DNA of 64,000 bases from the NCBI GenBank assembly GCA_043228905.1, contig JBHGNT010000022.1, positions 2,232,001 to 2,296,000 of the forward strand. Reading direction: 5' to 3'. Positions 1 through 11,709 of this stretch are shown piece by piece; the stretch's first letter is position 1, and each line of letters opens with the position of its first letter. The notes under the pieces are model-generated. The model did no database searches. It saw only the letters and a program-made list of their open reading frames with translations, and was not told where the DNA came from. Origin of the DNA: Azolla caroliniana. Lineage: Eukaryota > Plantae > Polypodiophyta. Both the position numbers and the translations under genes were made by a program.

Positions 1-9
1 TCTCTACAG

Positions 10-401
10 GGAATGCCGCGGATGCATGGAGAGCGTTGTGGACAATTTCGCTTCACAAAGTCTTTGCCGCAGTAGCGATGGGCATCGCGCTGCTCCGAAT
101 GATGCCAACTCGCCCCCTTCTTCAATGTGCCCTTTATTCTTTGGCATTTGGTATATCAAGTCCTATTGGTGTGGTAATTGGTATAATCATCGATTCAACG
201 GCACAAGGCTCTGTTGCCGACTGGATCTATGCCATATCCATGGGCATTGCTTGTGGTGTGTTCATTTATGTGGCCATCAACCATTTGCTTGTCAAAGGGT
301 ACACCCCTCAATGTAGGGTTAAGGTGGACACTCCATTCTATAAGTTTCTTGCTGTCACCCTTGGGGTTGGAGTTATTGCTGTAGTTATGATATGGGATTA
401 A
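10..401 (+). CDS. ZIP2: Terminal coding exon of a ZIP-family Zn/Fe transporter (ZIP2-like, TM5-TM8)
   Basis: Acceptor tctctacAG at 1-9. Translation [25 protein letters not shown]...SSPIGV...[11 protein letters not shown]...VVMIWD* closely matches the plant ZIP2 C-terminus as I recall it. Stop TAA at 399-401. Upstream exons are outside the window. Confidence 0.92.
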
Positions 402-2088
402 CCTCTTGCATGTATAGTAATCATACAGAGTGTACATTTCTAACCTCTCATAGAGCAAATACACCCTAGGCATAATCGTCTATTATTTATCTTTTTGTGT
501 CCCTCAAGCAAAAATGATGAGGCAATAATGGATTGTTTAGTAATATTTAAGAGCTATGAGCAAGCTATAGCATTTGAGTTTGAACTCTTGTACATTCTCC
601 ATTCATATGTGGTTATATTGCTCAATATAAGTTCCTAATACCTATTAAAGGATTGCATTGCAACAAAGCAATTATATTTCTGAGCATAAAATAGTTTCAC
701 ATTTAAGTTTACAAAGACAAAAATGTACATTGGAATTTAAATTTTGAATAGGAAAGGTACAGATTGTAAATCTACTTGGAGAAAATTGGCTTGTCATCTC
801 CATGGTAGATTCAATACTGTTCTAGAAGCTTGTAAATGGATCAATTCTTTATCTGATTTAAACAGAAGATTCTAGAATGTTTTAATCTTCTCTCAAAAGG
901 TTAACACAACTGGTATTTACTATTAAGCACTAGTTATGATATAAGCTATTCATGCAAAGTGTTATTTTTGCCAACATCATGGCCAATATCAATTGTGCTG
1001 CTCATGAAAGCCAAGTAGTCTTGAGCATCATTTCCTATCTTGGTTCTCTTATCACCCATCTAGTCATTTATGAATAATATCTGGTTATATGAAAAGTTAC
1101 ATTCTCTTTTGTATGTATCATTGCGTTGGGTACAAGTTGTGTAAATAAGTCCTTGCAATCAACCAAGCTTCGGACATTGTACATTGAGTATAATTGTGTT
1201 ATATAATAGTTTGGATAGGTTCAAATGAATCGGTCGCAAAATGGTTTGTAAAGACTTGAACATTAGAATATATTTGTAGAATTCATAAAACAAATGAAGT
1301 TACTTATTTGGATGCAACATATTATTATCTAGACGATGCATCATGAGATGGCCCTCAAACATTTTCACAAGTAGTACATGGGGATTAATTGTTTTCCATA
1401 ATGGTTAGTATAGCTTTGCTAGTACATAACCCAAATGTTGATGTCCTGCTCTCCTCTATTTGAACATGTAAGGGCAGTGCATATCGTTCTACACCATTTA
1501 CGTCTCTTTGTTCTCTTTGTCAACCCAGACCAAGGAACATGCATCTAATAAATTGAATGGTAGATGTTTTATAATAGTTCAATGTTGGAATATATGTTAT
1601 CAGTTGGGATTCTAACGTATGTGATAGCCACGAAAATAAGTTTGTGTGCACTATGGTAGGATGGCAATGCTGAAGGTGGAAGTGTACAATGCACAAGTGG
1701 AAAATGGCTTTTTTCTTTAGTACATGTTTGCATTAAATTAAAAATGCTAAGCAACAAGGAAAATGAGAAACAAAACATCAAACTGGAAGAAGAGTTGAGT
1801 TGGAACTTGAGTGGGAACAATCCCACATTTTGTAATCTTGATAATGTTGTTTAAACCTTGTTGTGGGCATTTAAACTGGGGTTAGAAGGAAAAATTGACA
1901 TTGAAGTGTAATAATATATTGTTATGATTGACACTTTGAGCTTGATGCACATTTATGTCACAACCTAGTCTTTTTCCCTATCACTCTCATAATAAATAAG
2001 ATATGTTGCGAAAAAAGACGATGATGATTATAATTAACAAAGGCGTGTTGGGGATGTGTACTAAGGCATGTCCTAACCATATGACAGG

Positions 2089-2644
2089 TCTAAGATATAT
2101 GTATCGAAGGATTTAACTGCTCCTCGATGTCGTTTGCGGAACCCGAACCGACGTGTACCCTTTTGATGACGAATCAGGCGAAGATGGTTGTCGTCCACCT
2201 TTGAGCCTCACACTCACTTAATGATTAGATGACGATTAAGCACGATATCTCTCTCACTCTCTAAAGTTCGCTCTCATAGACAATAAGAGCAAAGCATATG
2301 TTTATAACCCTATTTGATAAGAGGTCTAGCACCAACAAGGAAGAGCGATTAGTGTTTTCCAACTAAACACTTTACTAATCTCTCTTAAGCTTAAGGAATA
2401 TAAGGAGGAGAGGAAGTTGTAGACCTTAATCAAATGGGAGATATTTACAAATGGAAGAGCCTTTACAAAGACACCACAATGTGGTTTATATAGTATTTAC
2501 ATTTAGGGTATGACTCTTTCACACTTGGCCACTCATTACCTCCCTTTCCTCTTGCCATTCCCTCTTCATAGTCCCTTTAGCCATACTATATCCTTGTTGA
2601 TGTGTCCTTCACGGCCGATCGTGGTGCAATCCAAGCGCTTAACA
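2089..2644 (-). repeat. 3' LTR of the Athila/Tat-like element
   Basis: Aligns along its length with 34998-35560. Begins TGTTAAGCGC on the - strand directly after the PPT. Confidence 0.85.
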
Positions 2645-4739
2645 TCCCCTCCAATCTAATGAGTGCACACTCCTAGGTGCACTGTGGGAGGTGAGCTCGG
2701 GGTGAGGGGGATGGAGTAGGGTGAGAATGGGGTGGGGAGGGGAAAAGGAAGGAAGAGAATAAAAGGTATAAAGGAAAAAAAGAATAAAAAATGGTAAAAT
2801 GCAACATAGAAAAAGGAAGGGGGGACAAGGAAAGTGTAGAGGGAGTGAGGGGAATGACACGTAAATGCAAGTGGTATGAAAGAATTGTATCAATATGGAA
2901 AGAATGCATAAAATTACATATAAGGATAAAGAATAAAAAATAAAAAATGAAAATAGAAAATGGAGAAAAATAAAGGATAATGAATAAATGAATAAATAAA
3001 AAATAATACATAAAGTCAAAAGAGGGTAGGAATGAGAGGGACACTAAATCAACAAGAGTATCCGGCGACTAGGGTGGGCTTGAGGGGTCAGGTGGGCAGA
3101 CATATCGAGGGGTTGAGAGTCCAAGAGAAGTGTGGAGTGGAGAGGGGGAAAGTGGTGTCTACGTGGGATGGGATTTATGTGTGTGGGGGGTGAAGGTTGA
3201 TGTGGACCCACGAGGGGTTGTTAGTAGTGGGGTGGTTCCGAGAGGTGCGAAGAAGATTAGCCTAGGATTTGGAGTGTCGTTTAGGGTAGATATATTCAAG
3301 GGGTTCTTTAGGTGGTGGGAGTGGGGGGTGTTCTTTTTGGGTGTCGTCAAAGGGCCGCGGTGTGCCCTTAGGGGCCCAGACTCTTGGCGTCCCTTGTTTG
3401 GACATAAGGGGGGCCCGGGAGGTTGACCTCTAGAGGTTTTGGCCCTCCAAGTGTTGGATTTGGCTGTTGCCTATCGACTTCGCTTGGGCGGGATGCTTGG
3501 TTGTTGTCTAGGGTTGTCGGGTGTCCTGCGAGGTTGAGGTGTGTGTGGGTTGTGTGGTATGTGTCTCTGGGGTATAATCGCATGGGGGGAGTTGACTTCG
3601 TTTAGGAACCCAGAATTGGGTGACACCTTTATGCCAACCCTGGGCTCTTGTAAGTTCTTTTCGTACTCGCTAATGGTGGTTTGCCCTTTGCGTGGTCTTT
3701 CGGCAAACGTTGTGTGGACATTTACCCACTTGCGTGACGTGTCTTTCTGGGTTCTGGCATTAATGTTACTCCAACTTCGGGTGATCGATGGTCGTTGTTG
3801 GAGGTTTTCACGGTCTGGTGCTCGTCGGGGTTAGTTGGAAGCGAGTGGAGTGTTGCATCAATGAGTTTTTTTGACTTCGCGCCGTTCTTGCTTGGTGATG
3901 TTAGACGGTTCTTTTTGACCTCATCGTCCGGTTGGAGATCCATGGCGATGAACATTGGTTTAGGGTTTCTCTCATTCCTTATGTTGGCTTACTTGACCCT
4001 GGTCGGTTCATCACATGCCTCTCCTAGGATGTTAGGAGTGCGTTATGGTCGTTGACAAGTCCTTGGTCGTAGAGTTTGAATTGTTCTGGGAAGTCAACTT
4101 CTTCAAGGGTCTTCCCGGTTGTCCCATCTTCTTTCTTCCACATCGCTTGCTTTGCTTGGGATTTGCCCCTTGTATTGGTTTGTTTCTACTTTGGTGTGAG
4201 GGTGGTGATGTTAAAACACGAAATCATGTTCTCGTCTTCATCACAACATTTTGTACCGATCGGGTACATGGCATTAGTCGTGGCAAGAGCGTGTACCTAA
4301 TTCATCTCTAACGAATTAGAGGCTACTGATAGGTCTTCTCTCATATTCTTTGCCTTGGGAGTAATAGGCCTTTGGAGTAGGGGTTGGCCTCTAGCAAAGA
4401 TTTGGATCGTCTTTGTGGGGTGGCATGCCAGGAGGTTGGTCTCAAACTAGGTGGTTTTTGACCAATCGTCCACAAAGGGGCTACCTTCTTGTTCGCGAAC
4501 TTTTTGCGTGTATGCCTTGGTGTGAAATGTTTTGTTGTTTTACCGCATATAAATTGTGTCGTTCCCGAAATCCATCACAAGTAGGCTCACTTGTAGGAAC
4601 GACCGTCCTAGTAAACACTCGTAAGCCACCTGATTAGATGATCTGTGACGACAAAGGTGAGATTGAACTCGACCCCATGGATAGTGAAGTTGTGCGTTGG
4701 GATCATGCCTTTCGGCCATTGCATGGAACCGTCGGCCAT

Positions 4740-5048
4740 TCAGAGTTTGACGTCTAAAGGGAGCATTGTCGGCCTGCCCCATTTCCCCCAACATTTGTAG
4801 CTTACTATGCTTACCCCTGCTCCTGTATCGATGATTACATCACATGTGGTACCATTCATGCATATGGGGAGAGTGAAACTAGTGTAGTCACTCTCGAAAT
4901 GGGCTCCACATAAGTCTATCGGGGTTTCCTTAGGTTGTTGGGGGGCTGTTGTCGTATGAGGGATGTGAGTACGTAATGGCACGACTGAATATTGAGTTTG
5001 AGTAGCTCTTTGAGTGTGAATTCTACCTCTTTGGTGAGTATAGGTCAT
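4740..5048 (-). pseudogene. Retroviral-type aspartic protease remnant of the Athila/Tat-like element
   Basis: ORF contains CDVIIDTGAGVSIVS (DTG active-site motif). Confidence 0.8.
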
Positions 5049-5289
5049 AGCTCGTGATTATCGGTCATGATGGCGCCCATGTAACTCTGTACTTCGTGTA
5101 GTGTGAGACGTACCTTTAAATTTAATATTTGCTGAAGCAAGACAATGTTGACCTCTTGAATTGGAGTGGCTTGGGGAGTGGCGGTGTTGGTTGTGGCGAT
5201 GAGGGGAGGTATCTCCATGTGCTGAGGTGGTGGGTTTACCAATTCTTCCAAATTTTCAAAGTTTAGACTTGGAAAGCTAAGTGAACCTC

Positions 5290-5370
5290 TGTAAAAGAAT
5301 AGCGTATGCGAAAGCTCGTGCATAGAGAACACAACCGGTTAAGCCCGACAGTTGGAGACAATTAGGAATC

Positions 5371-5420
<50 letters not shown>

Positions 5421-6025
5421 AAGTAGAGCAGACAATTAGGAATTCACATTGAGGTCTTTGTTCATAAGCTCCATCCGGTCCTCCCCTCTGGCTTCTCCTA
5501 GCTACATGGTTTCTCTCCCGTGCTCCACGACCTGTTCGGTCTCATGCTCCTCTACCAATGCGATTGACTTGTTTGCTTCTAAGTCCTTCAACGACCTTCT
5601 CCTTGCCTCTACAGATTCAACGCCCTTTGACCCGTTGGTTCCTCCGTATCGGCATTGGCTTCAACTGCCTGCTTGTCCTTTCGGCCTCCACATGATTCGG
5701 CTCGTCCGAATCATCTTTCTTGTCTGAATCGGATGTCTCCGATTTATCTTTAGTCTGACCTTTAGCTCTATTCTTCTTGACTCTCCTCCTTTGTTTAGGT
5801 GGCTCTTGCTCGTGTGTTCCGTTGTTGCTCACCTTGTTGGCTAGTCTCCCCTTAGTCGATTTGCTTCCCTCTATTCTCTCAACCCTTTCGACTCTCCTTT
5901 CATCTCTCCCCCTCAAGTTCGGCAAGTCGATGTGCTATAGACCGAGCATGCTTGAGAATTGTGGCAAGTTGTTGAGTTCAGGAGGTTTGGTGAAGAGGTC
6001 GGCCACTTGCCGATCAGTCGGAACT
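5290..6025 (-). mobile_element. Ty1/Copia fragment A (RNase H end, charged extension, truncated 3' LTR)
   Basis: - strand reads VPTDRQVADLFTKP...LPNLRGR (Copia RNase H end). LTR terminus TGTAAAAGAATA at 5290 matches the other Copia LTR ends in this window. Confidence 0.7.
5376..5418. repeat. (GA)n microsatellite inside the Copia A LTR
   Basis: About 20 consecutive GA units. Confidence 0.95.
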
Positions 6026-6457
6026 TGTAAAAGAATATGTGCGGAAGCTTATGCTACACACAAAAAGTAGAGTCGGTTATCTGGAAATACAATAGTAAGG
6101 TAAACACAGAGTAAGGATGAGAGAGAGACTGAATGGAGCAGAAAGTAGTAAATTTTTATTACAAAAGGATACTCAGTACATACAAATGTGCTCAGAGAGC
6201 ACTTTAAATACAAGCCTTGACAATGGGTTGACAAGTATTGACATGAGCACTTGAGTGCTCATTAAATGAACATTTGACACTAACTCCCAAAATTATTCCT
6301 ACGAGGAATGTCGGTGCAAATGGTCTATCGGCTTCCCGTCGATCTGGCCTAGCCGATCGGTCTTCGTCCGATCCGGCTCTCTGTTCTTGTAGTTGATTCA
6401 GGCCTGACCGATTGATTTCTATCCGATCTGGTCCAACTTGAGCTTGCTCGCTCAAGA
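6026..6457 (-). repeat. 3' LTR of Copia B
   Basis: - strand TCTTGAGCGAGCAAGCTCAAG...ATTCTTTTACA, preceded by PPT-like TTGAGGTGGAG. Related to the LTRs at 16559 and 21917. Confidence 0.75.
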
Positions 6458-7062
6458 CTCCACCTCAAGCTCAACTTGAGGTCGGTTCCTTGTGTCAACA
6501 TCAGCCGGTTCTTGCTTCCGGCTCCTCCTAGCATCTTCACACGTTGCTCGCGCTCCACTTCCAGTTCCATTCTGTGTTCCTCGACCCCTCTGGTCCAACG
6601 CTCCTCGACATGCACGATTGGCTCGTCTACTACTCAAGCCCTTCTTAGCTTCCTTGCCATTGCGACATTGGCACCGCTCGACCCTTCGACTCCTTTGTAT
6701 TAGCCTTGGCTTCGACTATCCTGTCATCTGCTTGGCCTTCATGCGAATCGGCTTGTTCAAATCATACCTTCCGACTAAATTAGTTGTCTCTCATTCGTTC
6801 CCATGATTCGCCTTTTTTTTGGCCCTTGACCACATATGCTTATGTCTTGGTCTTGAACTTCTCCTTCAAGTTCGTTTTGCCCGTCTTGGCTCTGCCACCT
6901 TCCTTGCCTTTCTTGGCTCTACCTTCCCCTTGTTCGGTTGGCTCCGACTCGTCCTTTTGGCTGCTGCCCTTGCATCGGGCTAGTCCACGCTTTGCCATTC
7001 TGCTTCCACTTATCCCATCGTTTGATCCATCCTCGACTTCTTCAGCCGAATCGAAATCGAAT

Positions 7063-7107
<45 letters not shown>

Positions 7108-7188
7108 CCACTTCTCCCCTTCAAGCTCGGAATGTCAAGGTGCTACAAGCCAAAAATACTCGAGAATTGCTGGATCTTGTCCAAGCCA

Positions 7189-7628
7189 TGTCATGATATG
7201 GCATGGTATGGCTACAAAAGGATTTAAAACCATGAGCTTGTGTTATATGGGTTGCACCCTTACCATTAAACTATGCATTGTAATACAAACGATATTATTT
7301 CATTTATTATTTCACTATAGGAAATTCATGTATATTCAAGATTACTCTAGAACATTCTAGAAACTTTAGGAGTACTCTTGACAACACTATAAATAGAGGC
7401 ACAAGGCATTATTCCGAACCAATTTGGTTCAATGTCAGTCTTAACCCACCTAGCTATTTTTGTATCTTTCTTCATATAATATACTTCTTGTTGTCATCAT
7501 TCTCTCTCTCCATCTCTCTCTTCCCCTCTCGTGACTCTCAAACACTCTTTCCCTTCTTAGTACTAATCCTCATTTCCCCCCTCTATCTTTAGTACTAATT
7601 CTCCTTGCCTCTAGTACTATCCTTGATA
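7189..7628 (+). repeat. 5' LTR of Tcn1-like copy 1
   Basis: TGTCATGA start, TATAAATA near 7388, direct repeat of 11261-11709. Confidence 0.9.
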
Positions 7629-7707
7629 GTTTGAACTGAATTTCTTATCTTCTTATCCCTCCTTCCCTTCATACTAATCCTCTTATCCTTCCTTCCTCCA
7701 ACACTAA

Positions 7708-10700
7708 ATGGAAACTGTTAGCGCTCAAGAATACCAATCCGTTTTCTCGGAGCTCCAATGCTTAAAAGAAAAGTTTGTAGCACTAGAACAAGAAAATCAA
7801 TGTTTGTTGAGGGATCTTCAACAAATAGCTCTAGAAAAACAACAACACGGGGAGTTGACGTTACGTGTGAAACAATTTGAAGCAACTATTGTGTCATTGC
7901 AACAACAGGGACCACGCAGTCAAGGGATTCCCAAAGAACCCAAGATCGGTCTTCCTATGAATTTCGATGGAACGCGATCACAGTTTAGAGGATTTCTTAA
8001 TCAGGTATGGTTGGTGATTCAAATGCATCCTTCTCGATATCCCATCGATGCATCACAAGTGGGACTAATAGGCATGTTGCTTAATGGCATAAGTTTGGCA
8101 TGGTTCACTCCTTTGTTAGAAAAAGGATCTCCATTGTTAAATAATTTTGAGGAATTTATTGGCGAGTGTAAAGCCTATTTCGGAGACACTGATAACAATA
8201 GGACGACAATCAATAAAATCTGAAGATTGCGTCAAGGTGATCGTCCAACCTCAAATTACGCTGCAGATTTCCGCCTACTCGCCACCAATATTCCCTGGGA
8301 TGACCTAGCATTGATGGAGCAGTTTTGATATGGCCTGCGAAATGATGTCAAATACTTACTCCCGACTTTCCTCAAAGAACCAAAGTTGCTCACAGAGGCA
8401 GTCTGTCAAGCGGTATACGTTGCGATAATAGGCTTTTTGAACGACGTTCAAAACATATGTTACAAATGCCAAGAACAAGGTCGGATCCCATATACGCCTC
8501 AGTCGTAGCAAAACTATTTGCAAGGGAGTCATATAATGCATCTCCAGCAAATACTCCAACACCGATGGAAATCGACATCACACGTCGTCGTGGACCATTA
8601 TCGAAAGAGGAAAAGCAACGATGCCGAGCAAATCGACTATGTCTTTATCGTGGTGGAACGGGGCATATTGCAGTGAAATGTCCCCATAGGCCAAGAAGAC
8701 AGGTAAATCAAATAGTCTCTAGTACTAAACCCGAATCTATTTCACTATGAGTGCTTGATAGTCCTAATAGCCCAAGCCCAGCAAACGAATTTGAAGTCCT
8801 TAGTCAACTAGACGACTAAGTCCAACCAAAATAAGAGTCGTTTGGTTGGACAACCCTAGATCTGTGCAACCCATTAGTGGTTCCATTCTCTCTAAGAAAG
8901 TTAACAATGTCCTCCTAGATCAAGTAACAATTAGTACTAAAAGTAACCCTCCAATACATGTCTTAGCACTCCTAGATTCCAGAGCCAATTCTTGGTTCAT
9001 GGATAAGAATTTTGCCCAAGCTCATTAGATATCCCTAAGAAAACTCTCATGCCCAGCATCTGTAGTAGCCATTGATGGTCACCCCATTGCTTCCGGAAAT
9101 ATCGTAGAAGAGCCAAAGCCGATTAGTGTTGTCCTAAATAATTTGGCGTGTGTAGTATCATTTAATATAATTAGTAGTCTAGAGCATCCAATTGTTTTGG
9201 GGTTACGATGGTTCGAATTACACAATCCAGACATAGATCGGAGAACAAGAGAAATCAGGTATCAACAACCTCGAGGATCTACTCATAAGATTGCAACCAT
9301 TTCACTAGATCAATTGCGTGAGGAATCAATGTTTGTATTCGCAATATCAGTGAAACCTTCCAATACCACTAAGGAGGAGTCAACAATTCAACTTCCAAAG
9401 AAGTATCATCATTACGCCGACGTTTTTGATAAGGTAAAAGCTAGTACTCTTCCTCACCATCGACCGTATGATTGTCCCATTGACTTAAAACTAGGAAAAG
9501 ATCCACCATGGGGACCGATCTACAACTTGTCACCAACCGAGCTTGAAGTTCTTCGAGCCTACATAGGGGAAAATTTGGCAAACGGGTTCAATTCGACATT
9601 CGAAATCTCCAGCCGGCGCACCTGTTTTCTTTGTCAATTAAAAAAGATGGATCATTTCATCTAGTCGTGGATTACCGTGAATTGAATAAGGTCACCATCA
9701 GGAATAGGTATGCACTTCCCCTAATCTCGAGTCTTTTAGAGAGGATTAATGGTGCAAAGTTTTTTACAAAAATTGACTTACGAGGAGCATATAACCTCAT
9801 ACAGATTCGACCAAGAGATGAATGGAAGACAACTTTCTGCACCCGATATGGGCACTTTGAGTATACGGTTATGCCATTCTGCCTCACCAATGCACCAAAA
9901 GTCTCCAACACATGGCAAATGATATATTCCGAGATCTTTTGGACATCTAATTGATCATCTACTTGGATCATCTGCTAGTTTATTCAAAGACACAAGAGGA
10001 GCATGATTTTCATGTACTATTAGTACTAAGAAGACTACGAAAACATGGTCGTTATGCAAAGTTGGAAAAGTGTAGTTTTGACTATAACCAGGTTGAATTT
10101 CTCGGCCATGTCATCTCCTTGGAAGGCATCTCTATGGATCCAGCGAAAGTCCAAACTGTGTTAGAGTGGGAGACTCCACGTTTGTTGCGAGATGTGCAAT
10201 GCTTTTTAGGATTCAGAAATTTCTATCACAAGTTTATACAAGACTACTCAAAGCTTATTTTGTTGCTCACACAACTTATAAAGAAGGGGCAATCGTTTGT
10301 TTGGACAAAGGAAGCGGACACGGCTTTTGAGGATCTCAAGAAAGCATTTACAACAGCTCCTATTCTAGCTCATGTTGATACGCAAAAAACATTTATCATT
10401 GAGGTAGATGCATCAGATTTCGCATTCGGGAGTATTTTGTCACAACAAGGCAACGATGAGAAGCTACATCCCGTGGTTTTCCACTCACGCAAATTTGATA
10501 CCGCCGAAATCAACTACGAGATACATGACAAGAACCTATTAGCAATAATGGACTCTTTTGCACTATGGAGGCATTTTTTAGAAGGATCTCCTCATCAAGT
10601 CATTGTATTTAGTGATCACATGAACCATGCCTACTTCCAGAATGCTTGCGTATTAAATAGACGACAAGCTCGGTGGGCCCAATTCCTCACTCGTTTTGAC

Positions 10701-11286
10701 TTCAAGATTGCATATCATCCAGGAAAGCAACAAGGGAAGGCAAATGCATTATGATGACGCTCGTATCTAGCTCCTCGTCCTGGTGATCTGGCCAGATAGA
10801 GTATGGCTATTACGATGGCACATCAAGACTACTAGACCATGTGACAAACTGGATTATCGACGGTTAGGCCCTTTCCATATTAACGGAAAAATTAATGATG
10901 TTACTTTTCACCTTGATCTACCTCCGCAATTACGAATACATCCGGTATTTCATAGTTCTCTTCTAGAACCCTATCAAGATAGCACTATTCCCAATCGTAT
11001 TACACCACCTCCACCCCCGATCGAACTTGAAGATGGACTTGAGTACGAGGTTGCTGCCATCCTCGATTCCAAGATTGTTCACAACAAGCTCTACTATTTG
11101 GTCGATTGGCAAGGCTATAGTCTAAGCGAGTCTACTTGGGAACCAGTAGAGAATGTGGCCAATGCTCGAGCTGTTATTGAAGACTTCCATCGTCAATATC
11201 CAGACAAACTAGGTCCTCAATCAAAGACGACTCATAACACTCGTTTAAAAGGGGGGATAGTGTCATATGGCATGGTATGGCTCTAA
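7708..11286 (+). pseudogene. Disrupted gag-pol of Tcn1-like copy 1
   Basis: Consecutive ORF fragments for gag, PR, RT, RH and chromodomain, separated by stops and frameshifts. Confidence 0.9.
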
Positions 11287-11709
11287 AAAGATTTGAACCC
11301 ATGACCTTGTGTTACATGGGTTGAACCCTTACCATTAAACTATGGATTGTAATACAAAAGATATTATTTTTCATTTATTATTTCATTATAGGAAATTCAT
11401 GTATATTGCAGATTACTCTAGAACCTTCTAGAAACTTTAGGAGTACTCCTGACAACACCATAAATAGAGGCACAAGGAATTATTCCGAACCAATTTGGCT
11501 CAACGCCAGTCTTAAGCCTCCTAGCTGTTCTTGTATCTTTCTTCAAATAATATACTTCTTATTGTCATCATTCTCTATCTTTGTCTGTCTGTTTGTCTCT
11601 CTTCCCCTCTCGTGACTCTCACACACTCTTTCCCTTCTTTGTACTAATCCTCATTCTTCCCCTCTATCTTTAGTACTAATTCACTCTACCTCTAGTACTA
11701 TCCCCGATA
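11261..11709 (+). repeat. 3' LTR of Tcn1-like copy 1
   Basis: Follows the PPT and matches the 5' LTR. Confidence 0.9.

Larger units (their letters stand above)
7189..11709 (+). mobile_element. Tcn1/Tf1-sushi-like chromovirus, copy 1 (integrase core deleted)
   Basis: LTRs 7189-7628 and 11261-11709. PPT AAAAGGGGGGATAG. Degenerate TSD AGCCA/GGCCG. gag (KEPKIGLP..FDG, CCHC), PR (LLDS), RT (IYLD), RH, GPF and chromodomain (YEVAAILDSK..YLVDWQGY..TWEP). About 1.1 kb of integrase is missing near 10790. Confidence 0.9.

Noticed and set aside
900-1800. Possible decayed hAT transposase (NCAAH-like motif near 990, weak C-terminal similarity near 1680-1780)
   Set aside because: Only isolated short motifs, with no ORF, TIR or TSD. 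Needs an HMM search.
2639-3426. Hydrophobic or low-complexity ORFs that could be read as env-like or membrane proteins
   Set aside because: They are translations of purine/pyrimidine-skewed 3' noncoding DNA of the retroelement, with no conserved motif.
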